NCBI GenBank assembly: GCA_030540695.1
Contig: JAUNVO010000003.1
Coordinates: 1-40,742, forward strand
Direction of reading: 5' to 3'
Source of the DNA: Micrococcaceae bacterium
Lineage (GTDB): Bacteria > Actinomycetota > Actinomycetes > Actinomycetales > Micrococcaceae
DNA: 40,742 bases
The translations under genes were made by a program, and so were the position numbers. Shown here piece by piece: positions 8,470 to 16,449 of this stretch (the stretch's first letter is position 1; every line of letters begins with the position of its first letter). Below the pieces are notes generated by a model, which ran no database searches, had not been told where the DNA came from, and saw nothing but the letters and a program-made list of their open reading frames with translations.

Positions 8470-9321
8470 TCATCCCACCGAGTCCGAAGCCCAAAGGTGC
8501 ACCATGGCGTATGACCTGTACGGTGCCCAAGGTGCAGCCAGGGCAGTGGCCTCGCGCTCGCTGATCCGGTTCAAGGCCCTCCGTGCGACCAGGTCGCCGG
8601 GCACGAATGCGTCGGGATCGCTGCGGCCGCGCATCTGCAGGTAGTCAGCGGTCCATGGGCCCACGCCGCGCAGAGCCAGAAGTTCGGTGCGGTCCATGGG
8701 TATTCCCGGCGAACCGGAAAAATTCCTGGTGGCGAAGCACTGGGCCATGAGGAACAGCGTGGCGGCGCGTGATTTGGTCAGGCCGATGGATTTGCGCAGG
8801 GTTTCAACGCCCTTGGAAACAACGTTCTCGGGTCTCGGAAAGATGCGCAGGCCCGAGGGTCCGTCACTTCCGTAGGCTTCCAGGAAGCGCCCGCCAAAAG
8901 TGCGCCCGGCCGCCAACGTGACCTGCTGGCCCAGGATGGTCGTGGCCGCGGCCTCGAAACCGTTGAGGTAGCCGACCAAGCGCAACCATGGGCGGTCGTG
9001 CACCAAGGGGGCGAGCAGCCGGTCGTGGGAAAAATGGGCTTGAATCGCGGCCAGGTCGGTGTCCAGGTCCAACCATGCCCGGATCGCAACTTCCATGCGC
9101 ACCAGCTCCCCGGCAGAGGCTCCGGGGCTGGCAACCCGTACCCCGGTGGTGGTGAATTCCAGTTCCACGGCCTTCGGGCCGGTTTCGGTTTCCAGGATGC
9201 GGGTGTGCCGCATGGCCGCTGGTTCGTGGATGTCGAGCGTGGGGATCGAGTGGATGCCCAGGGTGCGCATCATGTGCCCGGGATCCAGCTGGCCGTTTGC
9301 CTTCAGGAAGCGCGTGCTCAT
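8470..9321 (-). CDS. alkA: DNA-3-methyladenine glycosylase II, without Ada domain (283 aa)
   Basis: FEAAATTILGQQVT, LLALRGVGPWTADY (HhH), DAFVPGDL, WAPYRSYAMVHLW. Start at ATG 9321 overlapping the tag stop. Confidence 0.85.
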   Translation of the reverse strand: MSTRFLKANGQLDPGHMMRTLGIHSIPTLDIHEPAAMRHTRILETETGPKAVELEFTTTGVRVASPGASAGELVRMEVAIRAWLDLDTDLAAIQAHFSHDRLLAPLVHDRPWLRLVGYLNGFEAAATTILGQQVTLAAGRTFGGRFLEAYGSDGPSGLRIFPRPENVVSKGVETLRKSIGLTKSRAATLFLMAQCFATRNFSGSPGIPMDRTELLALRGVGPWTADYLQMRGRSDPDAFVPGDLVARRALNRISEREATALAAPWAPYRSYAMVHLWASDSVG

Positions 9322-9914
9322 GACGGCCAGATCCCCGAGCTGCCGCGACGGTGGGAGCCAATCAGGTGGGTATCCACGATGCCCAGGGCTTCCATGAGCG
9401 CGAACATGGTGGTTGGGCCCACAAAGGCAAAACCGCGCTTCTTCAGCGCCTTGGACATGGCCGCCGATTCGATGCTGGAGGTGGGAACCTCTTCCGGGGT
9501 CCTCGGGACCGGGGTGGATTCGGGTTGGAACGACCAGATGAAATCGGCCAGTCCGCCGTCTTCGCGCAGCGCGATCGTTGCCTTGGCGTTCTTGATGGTC
9601 GCCAGGATCTTGGCACGGTTCCTGATGATCCCGGCATTGCCCAGGAGCTGGCTGATCGTTGCATCGCCGAATCCTTGAACGACCTCGGGGTCGAATCCGG
9701 CAAATGCCTCCCGGAAGTTCTCGCGCTTGCGCAGGATCGTGGCCCAAGACAGGCCCGATTGGAATGCTTCCAGGCTCAGGCGTTCGAAGACCCCATGCTC
9801 ATCACGCACCGGCATGCCCCACTCGGTGTCATAGTACGCACGCATCATGGGATCCGTCGCCGCCCAGGCTGGGCGGGCCAGCGCGTCCTCACCAACGATC
9901 AGTCCCATGCTCAT
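9318..9914 (-). CDS. tag: DNA-3-methyladenine glycosylase I
   Basis: YYDTEWG, FERLSLEAFQSGLSWATILRKRENFR, IIRNRAKI, FVGPTT. Confidence 0.93.
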   Translation of the reverse strand: MSMGLIVGEDALARPAWAATDPMMRAYYDTEWGMPVRDEHGVFERLSLEAFQSGLSWATILRKRENFREAFAGFDPEVVQGFGDATISQLLGNAGIIRNRAKILATIKNAKATIALREDGGLADFIWSFQPESTPVPRTPEEVPTSSIESAAMSKALKKRGFAFVGPTTMFALMEALGIVDTHLIGSHRRGSSGIWPS

Positions 9915-9970
9915 GTTCCAATCCTGCCACGCTGCCCTGTTCTTTTGCCTTATCGCTACTGATCGCTATT

Positions 9971-9986
9971 ATCGTAATATGACGAT
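9971..9986. promoter_or_regulatory. Putative ArsR-family operator overlapping the -10 box and start codon
   Basis: Inverted repeat ATCGT-N6-ACGAT; ATCGCTA also occurs at 9952 and 9962; -10 TATTAT at 9967-9972. Confidence 0.5.
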
Positions 9987-10377
9987 GATAGGGCCGGTTG
10001 CTGATGAACGCCGCGACGCGGTTGGATCCCATGCCGAAGCGGCCGCGCTGTTCCACGGACTGGCGGACCCCACACGGCTGATGATCCTGGCCCACCTGCG
10101 TACCGGGGAGCACAAGGTCAGGGAGCTCACCGAGCACCTGGGTCTGGCCCAAAGCACGGTCAGCGCACACCTCTCGTGCCTTCGCGACTGCGGACTGGTG
10201 CTCTCCCGGGCCCAGGGCCGCGCGAGCATGTTCTCGTTGGCGAACCCGCGATTGCTGATGGATTTGCTGGCGGACGCCAACCACTACATCGGGACCAGCG
10301 AGACCCACGAACTGGACACCCACGATTTCACCGAAGTCCACGGTGGAGCCATGTCTTCCGAAGGGGCCGACCGATGA
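9979..10377 (+). CDS. ArsR/SmtB metalloregulator, CmtR-like (132 aa)
   Basis: LFHGLADPTRLMIL..LGLAQSTVSAHLSCLRDCGLV. ATG 9979 is 6 nt after TATTAT (leaderless start). Confidence 0.88.
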   Translation: MTMIGPVADERRDAVGSHAEAAALFHGLADPTRLMILAHLRTGEHKVRELTEHLGLAQSTVSAHLSCLRDCGLVLSRAQGRASMFSLANPRLLMDLLADANHYIGTSETHELDTHDFTEVHGGAMSSEGADR

Positions 10378-11288
10378 GCCACGACCACGACCACGGCTCG
10401 GCAACGACCAATCGGAAGAAACTTGCCTGGGCCTTTGGCATCACCGTAACGATCCTCGTGGCCGAGGTGATCGGGGCGTTCCTCACCAATTCGCTGGCCC
10501 TGCTCGTCGATGCCGCCCACATGCTCACCGACTCCACCGGCTTGCTCCTGGCGCTGACGGCCGCGACCTTGGTCATGCGCAAGCCCACCTCGAAGCGCAC
10601 CTGGGGTTTTCGCCGCGCCGAGGTGCTCTCCGCAACCCTCCAGTCAACGTTGCTGCTCGGGGTGGGGGTCTACGCCCTCATCGACGGCATTCGCCGGCTC
10701 TTTGAGCCGACGGAAATCGCCGGAAGCGGGCTGTTGGTATTCGGCATCATCGGGTTGCTGGGCAACGTCGCCTCGATGCTCATCCTTGCCTCGGGCAAGG
10801 ATGACAACCTGAATATGCGTGCGGCTTTCCTGGAGGTGGTCAACGATGCCCTGGGATCCGTTGCCGTCATCGTTTCGGCCATCGTCATCTCCACGACGGG
10901 CTGGATGCGCGCCGACTCGCTGGCCGCCATGCTGATAGCCGCCCTGATCATCCCGCGCGCGCTCAAACTCCTGGGGGAGACCACCCATATCCTGCTTGAG
11001 TCCACGCCCAAGGGGCTGGACCTCGAGGAGGTCCGTGCCCACTTGGCCGCCCACCCCCAAGTCCTGGCCATCCACGACCTTCACGCAAGCCAGATCGCCA
11101 CGAACCTGCCTATTCTCTCTGCCCATGTGGTGGTCGAGGACGAAGCGTTCCACACCGGTGCGGCGGCCACCTTGCTGGGGGAGCTGCAGTCATGCGTCGC
11201 GGACCACTTCGAGGTGAGCATCGAACATTCCACCTTCCAGATCGAGGCGTTCAGCCACCAAACCCCGGAACATCAGCGACACGCTTGA
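10374..11288 (+). CDS. czcD: Cation diffusion facilitator (Co/Zn/Cd exporter, 304 aa)
   Basis: MSHDHDHG, SLALLVDAAHMLTD, TWGFRRAEVL, NMRAAFLEVVNDALGS, IHDLH, HSTFQIE; ATGA overlap with the regulator. Confidence 0.9.
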   Translation: MSHDHDHGSATTNRKKLAWAFGITVTILVAEVIGAFLTNSLALLVDAAHMLTDSTGLLLALTAATLVMRKPTSKRTWGFRRAEVLSATLQSTLLLGVGVYALIDGIRRLFEPTEIAGSGLLVFGIIGLLGNVASMLILASGKDDNLNMRAAFLEVVNDALGSVAVIVSAIVISTTGWMRADSLAAMLIAALIIPRALKLLGETTHILLESTPKGLDLEEVRAHLAAHPQVLAIHDLHASQIATNLPILSAHVVVEDEAFHTGAAATLLGELQSCVADHFEVSIEHSTFQIEAFSHQTPEHQRHA

Positions 11289-11302
11289 ATAGCCGTCCCA
11301 CG

Positions 11303-11336
11303 GTTCGCGTGATGCCCCGGCCGTGGGCATGCGAAC
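11303..11336. terminator. Bulged hairpin between convergent czcD and vanZ
   Basis: GTTCGC-gtg-ATGCCC-N7-GGGCAT-GCGAAC. Confidence 0.4.
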
Positions 11337-11366
11337 GGTGCCATGGATGATGGGCGACGCACGGGG

Positions 11367-11924
11367 CTAGCGCTCGAGCAGCGTCCCCGGGGAAAGGGAC
11401 GGCTCCGCTGGGTGCTTACCCCTGGCCCAAGCCGCCAACGCCCATCCGAGCAGTGCCGCGGCAAGGCCGCCGACGGTGTTGGTGATGATATCGGTGATGT
11501 CCGCAGCCCTGTTGTTGCGCAACAACAACTGCGTCGTCTCAATGCAGATTGAAATGCCCAGCACCAGCATCGTGGTCTTGAGCACGGAAAGGCGGCGCCA
11601 GAGGAACGCCAGCATCAACCCCAAGGGAGCAAAAAGCCCGAGATTCGCCGCCATCTCCACACCCAGGTCGCGGTCTTGGTGCGCCAGGAACGGCGCCCAA
11701 TTGAACGTACCGGCAGGGATCGAGGGATCGGGCAGCGGAGCGCCGGGAAGAACAGCCACCGCCAAACCCGCGGCCCACAATGCTATTGCCACAGCCAACA
11801 CCCTGCGCTGCGCCCGCTCCTTCCCCCGCGAAGCGAAGTGCATCAACAGCGCCACGAGCCCAGCGGTTGCGGCTAACCCCAGGGAGATAAAGAGTGCGAC
11901 GACGGGAACAGGGAAATAGAGCAT
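11367..11924 (-). CDS. VanZ family membrane protein
   Basis: NWAPF, ANLGLFAPLG, SICIETTQ, RAADITDIITNTVGG. Confidence 0.85.
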   Translation of the reverse strand: MLYFPVPVVALFISLGLAATAGLVALLMHFASRGKERAQRRVLAVAIALWAAGLAVAVLPGAPLPDPSIPAGTFNWAPFLAHQDRDLGVEMAANLGLFAPLGLMLAFLWRRLSVLKTTMLVLGISICIETTQLLLRNNRAADITDIITNTVGGLAAALLGWALAAWARGKHPAEPSLSPGTLLER

Positions 11925-11963
11925 AGGTGCACAATCCTATCCGGTGACCTTGCCAGGGGGGGC

Positions 11964-11981
11964 CTCATACCCGGGTATGAG
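11964..11981. promoter_or_regulatory. Perfect 18-bp palindrome, probable response-regulator binding site
   Basis: CTCATACCC/GGGTATGAG between divergent vanZ and the ABC operon. Confidence 0.65.
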
Positions 11982-12049
11982 CCAAATGATGGAATAAAGC
12001 GTCCCTGCGGATGATCCGAATCCATGGACCGAGAACATATCGTGGAACC

Positions 12050-12802
12050 ATGACCATTACTGCACCGCATACCAGCACCGATATTGCTGTCCACGCCACC
12101 GACCTGAAAAAGGTCTACGGCGAAGGAACCACCCGGGTCGAGGCGCTCCGAGGAGTCGACGTCGCCTTCGCCCGGGGCAAGTTCACCGCCATCATGGGCC
12201 CATCCGGTTCCGGGAAATCGACGCTCATGCATTGCCTGGCGGGCCTGGACGACGCCAGCGGCGGGCAGATATTCGTCGGAGGGATGGAAATCTCGAAGCT
12301 CAATGACGATGCACTGACCAAGATGCGACGCGAAAAGGTCGGCTTCGTCTTCCAGGCCTTCAACCTCGTTCCCACCCTCACCGCCGAAGCCAACATCCTG
12401 CTGCCGCTTTCCCTGGCCGGCAAGAAGCACGACAAGGACTGGCTGGCCTCGATCGTTGCCACCCTGGGACTGGGCGACCGGCTGAGCCACAAACCGCACG
12501 AGCTCTCCGGAGGACAGCAACAGCGCGTCGCCGTGGCACGGGCCCTGCTCACCCGCCCCGAAGTTGTTTTCGCTGACGAGCCAACCGGCAACCTGGACTC
12601 ACGCACCGGTGCCGAAGTCCTTTCCCTGCTTCGTTCCTCGACACGCGAAATGGGCCAAACCATCATCATGGTCACCCATGACGCGGTTGCGGCATCCTAC
12701 GCCGATACCGTGCTGCTGATGAAGGACGGCCAGCTTGTCGGCCGGCTCGAAGAACCGACGGTGGATTCGGTGACCCAGGCACTCTCCGGGCTGGGCGTGT
12801 AA
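12050..12802 (+). CDS. ABC transporter ATP-binding protein (LolD/MacB/SalX type, 250 aa)
   Basis: GPSGSGKST, GFVFQAFNL, LSGGQQQRVAVARAL, ADEPTGNLD. ATG 12050 is 6 nt after TATCGT. Confidence 0.92.
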   Translation: MTITAPHTSTDIAVHATDLKKVYGEGTTRVEALRGVDVAFARGKFTAIMGPSGSGKSTLMHCLAGLDDASGGQIFVGGMEISKLNDDALTKMRREKVGFVFQAFNLVPTLTAEANILLPLSLAGKKHDKDWLASIVATLGLGDRLSHKPHELSGGQQQRVAVARALLTRPEVVFADEPTGNLDSRTGAEVLSLLRSSTREMGQTIIMVTHDAVAASYADTVLLMKDGQLVGRLEEPTVDSVTQALSGLGV

Positions 12803-12804
12803 CC

Positions 12805-15348
12805 GTGCTGCAGCTAGCTTTTGCCAACCTCAAGACCTATTCACGTCGGTTCATTGCGGTGAGCCTCGCCGTCATGATCGGCACCGCATTCCTGGCCGCA
12901 ACGCTGATGGTCAACGCCTCAACCACGGGGACCCTGAAAAACAGCATTGGATCCTCATACTCCAGTGCCGACCTTGTTATCGGAAGCGGCGGCACGTCGG
13001 AGATGACGCCCGAGGACGAGGAAAAACCCGAAACCTACGTCCTGGGGCCAAAATCACTCACGGCCGTGGAAGGGACCGAGGGGGTAGCGGCAGCGCACGG
13101 AATCTCCAGTGCCGCCGTCAGCGTGCATGCCGGAAACCGCGAGTACTACTCCGTGGCCAACACCGCGCCGAAGGATGAAGAACTGCGAAGCACGGTGCTC
13201 GAATCCGGCACCCTGCCCACCGGCAGCGAAGAAGCAGCCGTGGATGCGACCTACGCCAAGGAATACAACATCTCCGTGGGCGACGTGCTCGAGGTGGGAA
13301 ACACCACCGCAGGGGACAAGGAAACCAGCGCGCACGTCAAGGTCACCGGTATCACCGCGGCAACCAATGACCCGTTCACCGGCTCTGCCATGAACCTCAC
13401 CATCAGCAAGTCGTTGCTTGATTTGCTCACCGGCCCGGAGAACATCTCTTACAGCCGCATCATCCTGCGGGCCACGGACGCAACGGACCTGCAATCGCTG
13501 AAGGCGCCGCTGGCCGCTTCGCTTGAATCCACGGGCCTGAAACACTTCGGGGTCAATACCCCCGACGAACAGGTCGTTGAGGACGTCGCAGCCTTTTCCG
13601 GAGGCAATGACCAGCTGACGATCGTGCTGTTGGTCTTCGCGCTCATCGCCCTGGTGGTCACGGGGTTGGTGGTCATGAACACCTTTGCGGTGCTCATCGC
13701 CCAACGCACCCGCGAACTGGCCCTCTTGCGGACCCTGGGTGCGGTGCGCAAGCAGATCCGTTCCTCGGTGCTTATCGAGGCGCTCGTGGTGGGGCTGTTG
13801 GCCTCCGCCGCCGGCGTTTTGCTGGCCACCGGCATCATGGCCGCACTGATCAAGATCCTGGCCAGCACCGTGGCGGAAATGTCCTTCGCGACCCTGGTCG
13901 TCTCGGCGCAGGCGGTTTTCCTGCCGATCCTGGCAGGCACGATCATCACCCTGCTTGCCGCGTGGGTGCCGGCACGCAAAGCCATGTCGGTCTCCCCGCT
14001 GGCTGCCTTGCGCCCGGCCCAGGACGCCGCAGTGGGCAACAAGGCAGGCAAGGTTCGCATCGTGTTCGGGGTGCTGCTGGTCTTGGCCGGTGGCGCGGCA
14101 CTTGCCTACGGGGCGCTTGAGGCAGACATCCTCATTGCCTTTGGCGGTGGGCTGCTCTCCTTCCCCGGAGTGCTGATGTTGGGCTCGCTCTTCCTGCCCA
14201 GGACCGTATCGGCCATCGGCGCGCTGACCTCCGGGGGCACCGTCCCGGGCAAGCTGGCCAGCCTGAACGCCGTACGAAATCCCTCCCGCACCACGGCCAC
14301 GGCAACCGCGCTGCTGATCGGGGTCACCCTGGTTTCCATGATGATGGTTGGAGCGCAGACCGCGAAGCATTCCCTGAGCGAGACCCTGGGCAGCGAATAC
14401 CTGGTCGACGTCGAGGTCGACACCTACCAAGACACCACCTTCACGCCCGCCGCGCTTGAGAAGGTCAAGGCCATGGGCGGCGTCGAGGCGTTGGCGGAAC
14501 TCACCGTGGTCGGCCACGCCGAAACGGGACAGGACGTCTTTGCCGCCGACATCCAGTCCCTGAGATCCGTGCTCAACAGCACTAACCAGGTCCCCGGCAC
14601 CGGCGAGGTCCTGGTCGGCCAGGACAACAAGCCGGGCGCGGCCAAGACACTGCGGGCCACGAGCCTTGACGGGACCGAGGTGCAGCTTCCCATGCTTGTC
14701 ACCAAGTCCAACATGCTCCAACCAGTCATCGGATGGGACACCGCCACCAAGCAGTTCGGCATGAGCCGGGAAACAGCCGCCCAGACACCGAATCCCCGGG
14801 CCGTGCTGTGGGTGAAGGTCGATGACCAGCTCGATGCCGCGGCACTGCGCACGCTTTCGGCGGACATGGCCGCGACGCTTGAGGTCGACGAGTACGCCGT
14901 GGGCGGCGGGGTGATGGAAAAGCAGATGTTCAACACCATCATCGACATGCTGCTGCTCATCGTCTCGGGACTGTTGGCGGTCGCCGTGCTCATTGCCCTG
15001 ATCGGGGTGGCCAACACCCTGAGCCTCTCGGTGCTCGAGCGGACGCGGGAAAACTCATTGCTTCGTGCACTGGGCCTGACCCGTTCACAGCTCAAGGGCA
15101 TGCTGGCGACCGAGGCAGTGCTGATCGGAGGCGTCGCAGCCCTGCTGGGCGTCCTGCTCGGATCGGCCTATGGCCTGCTCGGGGCCCAATCGGTGATGGG
15201 GGCCTTTGGCACCATGAGCGTTTCCATCCCGTGGTTGCAGCTGGCCGGGGTGATCGGCGTCAGCGTGGTCGCGGCCCTTGCCGCGTCGATCGTTCCGGCA
15301 CGCCGTGCCGCGAAACTGGCTCCGGTGCAGGGGCTGGCCAGCGAGTAG
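12805..15348 (+). CDS. FtsX/MacB-like ABC permease with two repeats (847 aa)
   Basis: QRTRELALLRTLGA and ERTRENSLLRALG FtsX motifs; two large extracytoplasmic domains. Confidence 0.9.
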   Translation: MLQLAFANLKTYSRRFIAVSLAVMIGTAFLAATLMVNASTTGTLKNSIGSSYSSADLVIGSGGTSEMTPEDEEKPETYVLGPKSLTAVEGTEGVAAAHGISSAAVSVHAGNREYYSVANTAPKDEELRSTVLESGTLPTGSEEAAVDATYAKEYNISVGDVLEVGNTTAGDKETSAHVKVTGITAATNDPFTGSAMNLTISKSLLDLLTGPENISYSRIILRATDATDLQSLKAPLAASLESTGLKHFGVNTPDEQVVEDVAAFSGGNDQLTIVLLVFALIALVVTGLVVMNTFAVLIAQRTRELALLRTLGAVRKQIRSSVLIEALVVGLLASAAGVLLATGIMAALIKILASTVAEMSFATLVVSAQAVFLPILAGTIITLLAAWVPARKAMSVSPLAALRPAQDAAVGNKAGKVRIVFGVLLVLAGGAALAYGALEADILIAFGGGLLSFPGVLMLGSLFLPRTVSAIGALTSGGTVPGKLASLNAVRNPSRTTATATALLIGVTLVSMMMVGAQTAKHSLSETLGSEYLVDVEVDTYQDTTFTPAALEKVKAMGGVEALAELTVVGHAETGQDVFAADIQSLRSVLNSTNQVPGTGEVLVGQDNKPGAAKTLRATSLDGTEVQLPMLVTKSNMLQPVIGWDTATKQFGMSRETAAQTPNPRAVLWVKVDDQLDAAALRTLSADMAATLEVDEYAVGGGVMEKQMFNTIIDMLLLIVSGLLAVAVLIALIGVANTLSLSVLERTRENSLLRALGLTRSQLKGMLATEAVLIGGVAALLGVLLGSAYGLLGAQSVMGAFGTMSVSIPWLQLAGVIGVSVVAALAASIVPARRAAKLAPVQGLASE

Positions 15349-15363
15349 GGGAGTGGTTGGCGC

Positions 15364-15930
15364 CTAGCCGAGGGGGCCTTGCTCGAGATCGAGCAAGGCC
15401 CTTTTGGCGTCGGCTCCGCCCAAGTATCCTCCGAGGGCCCCGTCGCTGCGCAACACCCGGTGGCAGGGGAGAACCAGCGGCAGCGGGTTGGTGGCACATG
15501 CGGTTCCCACGGCGCGCACTGCGGCCGGACGACCGGTGGAAGCAGCAAGTTCCTTATAGCTCATGGTGTGCCCGTAGGTGATCGCGGGCAGTGCCAGTTG
15601 CACCTCGAGGCGGTATCCGCTGCTGAGCCTATGGTCCAGCTCCAAGGTGAAATCTTCTCTGCGGTGTGAGAAGTACTCCTCCAGCTGGCGGGCTGCGCCA
15701 TCCAGGGGTGCATGGCGTTCAAGGATGCGCACCCCCACCTTGGCAGCAAGGGCGTCCAGCACGGTGTCGAAGTCCTCGCGGGAAAAAGCCACCCTCACCA
15801 TGCCTTGTTCGGTGGCGGCCAGCAGCAACGTGCCCAGCGGGGAGTCAAACAGCCGGTAGGAGACATCCAGCAGACCCTCGGCCGCGGCCCGGGTTGCCAA
15901 GTCGCGTTTCAGGGTTTCGAGCTCATTCAT
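15364..15930 (-). CDS. ogt: Methylated-DNA--protein-cysteine S-methyltransferase (188 aa)
   Basis: DSPLGTLLLA, YGHTMSYKELA, AVRAVGTACATNPLPLVLPCHRV, GGYLGG. ATG 15930 overlaps the sigma stop. Confidence 0.92.
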   Translation of the reverse strand: MNELETLKRDLATRAAAEGLLDVSYRLFDSPLGTLLLAATEQGMVRVAFSREDFDTVLDALAAKVGVRILERHAPLDGAARQLEEYFSHRREDFTLELDHRLSSGYRLEVQLALPAITYGHTMSYKELAASTGRPAAVRAVGTACATNPLPLVLPCHRVLRSDGALGGYLGGADAKRALLDLEQGPLG

Positions 15931-16406
15931 GGGGTTTCCTCCGGATTCTGGTGTTTCTGGCGCAGTGCCTTGATCCCGTCGGCCGCGGCCCGGCGCAGCG
16001 AAGCCGCGTTGCCACCCAGGTACGCCGGGATCTCCGCGTAGGGAAAGCCGAGCAGATAGTGGTAGCCGATGACCTGGCGCTGCAGCGGGGTCAGGGAGTG
16101 CAGTGAATCGATGAGTTCGGTGCAGCCGAGCCCGTCGGGGAGCGCCGCCATCTGAGGGAGCGTCTCCACGGGTACCGGGTGTCTGGCACGCAAGATGTCG
16201 ATGGCCTTGTGCCGGGCGATGGTGATCAGCCAGGCCTCGACGTTGGCGCCTGTTGCCAGGGATGGGTAGCCGCGCAGTGCCGACAGAAACGTTTCGCTCC
16301 AGGCGTCCTGCGCGTCGTGTCCCGGGCCCAGCACTGCGGTGCACATGCGCAGCACCGCAGTGCCGTGCCGGCGCACCACCAACTCGAAGGCGGGGTTCGT
16401 TGTCAT
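15927..16406 (-). CDS. ECF RNA polymerase sigma factor (159 aa)
   Basis: Region 2 FELVVRRHG..DAQDAWSETFLSA..WLITIARHKAID; region 4 LHSLTPLQRQVI..GFPYAEI. Confidence 0.85.
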   Translation of the reverse strand: MTTNPAFELVVRRHGTAVLRMCTAVLGPGHDAQDAWSETFLSALRGYPSLATGANVEAWLITIARHKAIDILRARHPVPVETLPQMAALPDGLGCTELIDSLHSLTPLQRQVIGYHYLLGFPYAEIPAYLGGNAASLRRAAADGIKALRQKHQNPEETP

Positions 16407-16418
16407 CTTCACACCCTG

Positions 16419-16446
16419 TAAACGGTCCGCATGGACATTATGTGAG
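16419..16446 (-). promoter_or_regulatory. Putative ECF-type autoregulatory promoter
   Basis: Minus strand CTCACA-N16-CGTTTA in the 43-bp gap between the jetC stop and the sigma ATG. Confidence 0.5.
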
Positions 16447-16449
16447 GTG

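Noticed and set aside
9322-9747. N-terminal extension of AlkA in the ORF track
   Set aside because: It overlaps tag in another frame and has no Ada zinc-binding Cys motif.
13054-14721. Long antisense ORFs (555 aa here; also 18799-19842, 26738-27949, 33403-34653, 35526-36518)
   Set aside because: Shadow frames opposite well-supported genes in high-GC DNA; no recognisable motifs.
15931-16344. Apparent 326-aa Ogt with a long N-terminal extension, suggesting an Ada-like or sigma fusion
   Set aside because: The extension is an alternate frame of the sigma gene; the real Ogt start is the coupled ATG at 15930. No frameshift needs to be invoked.
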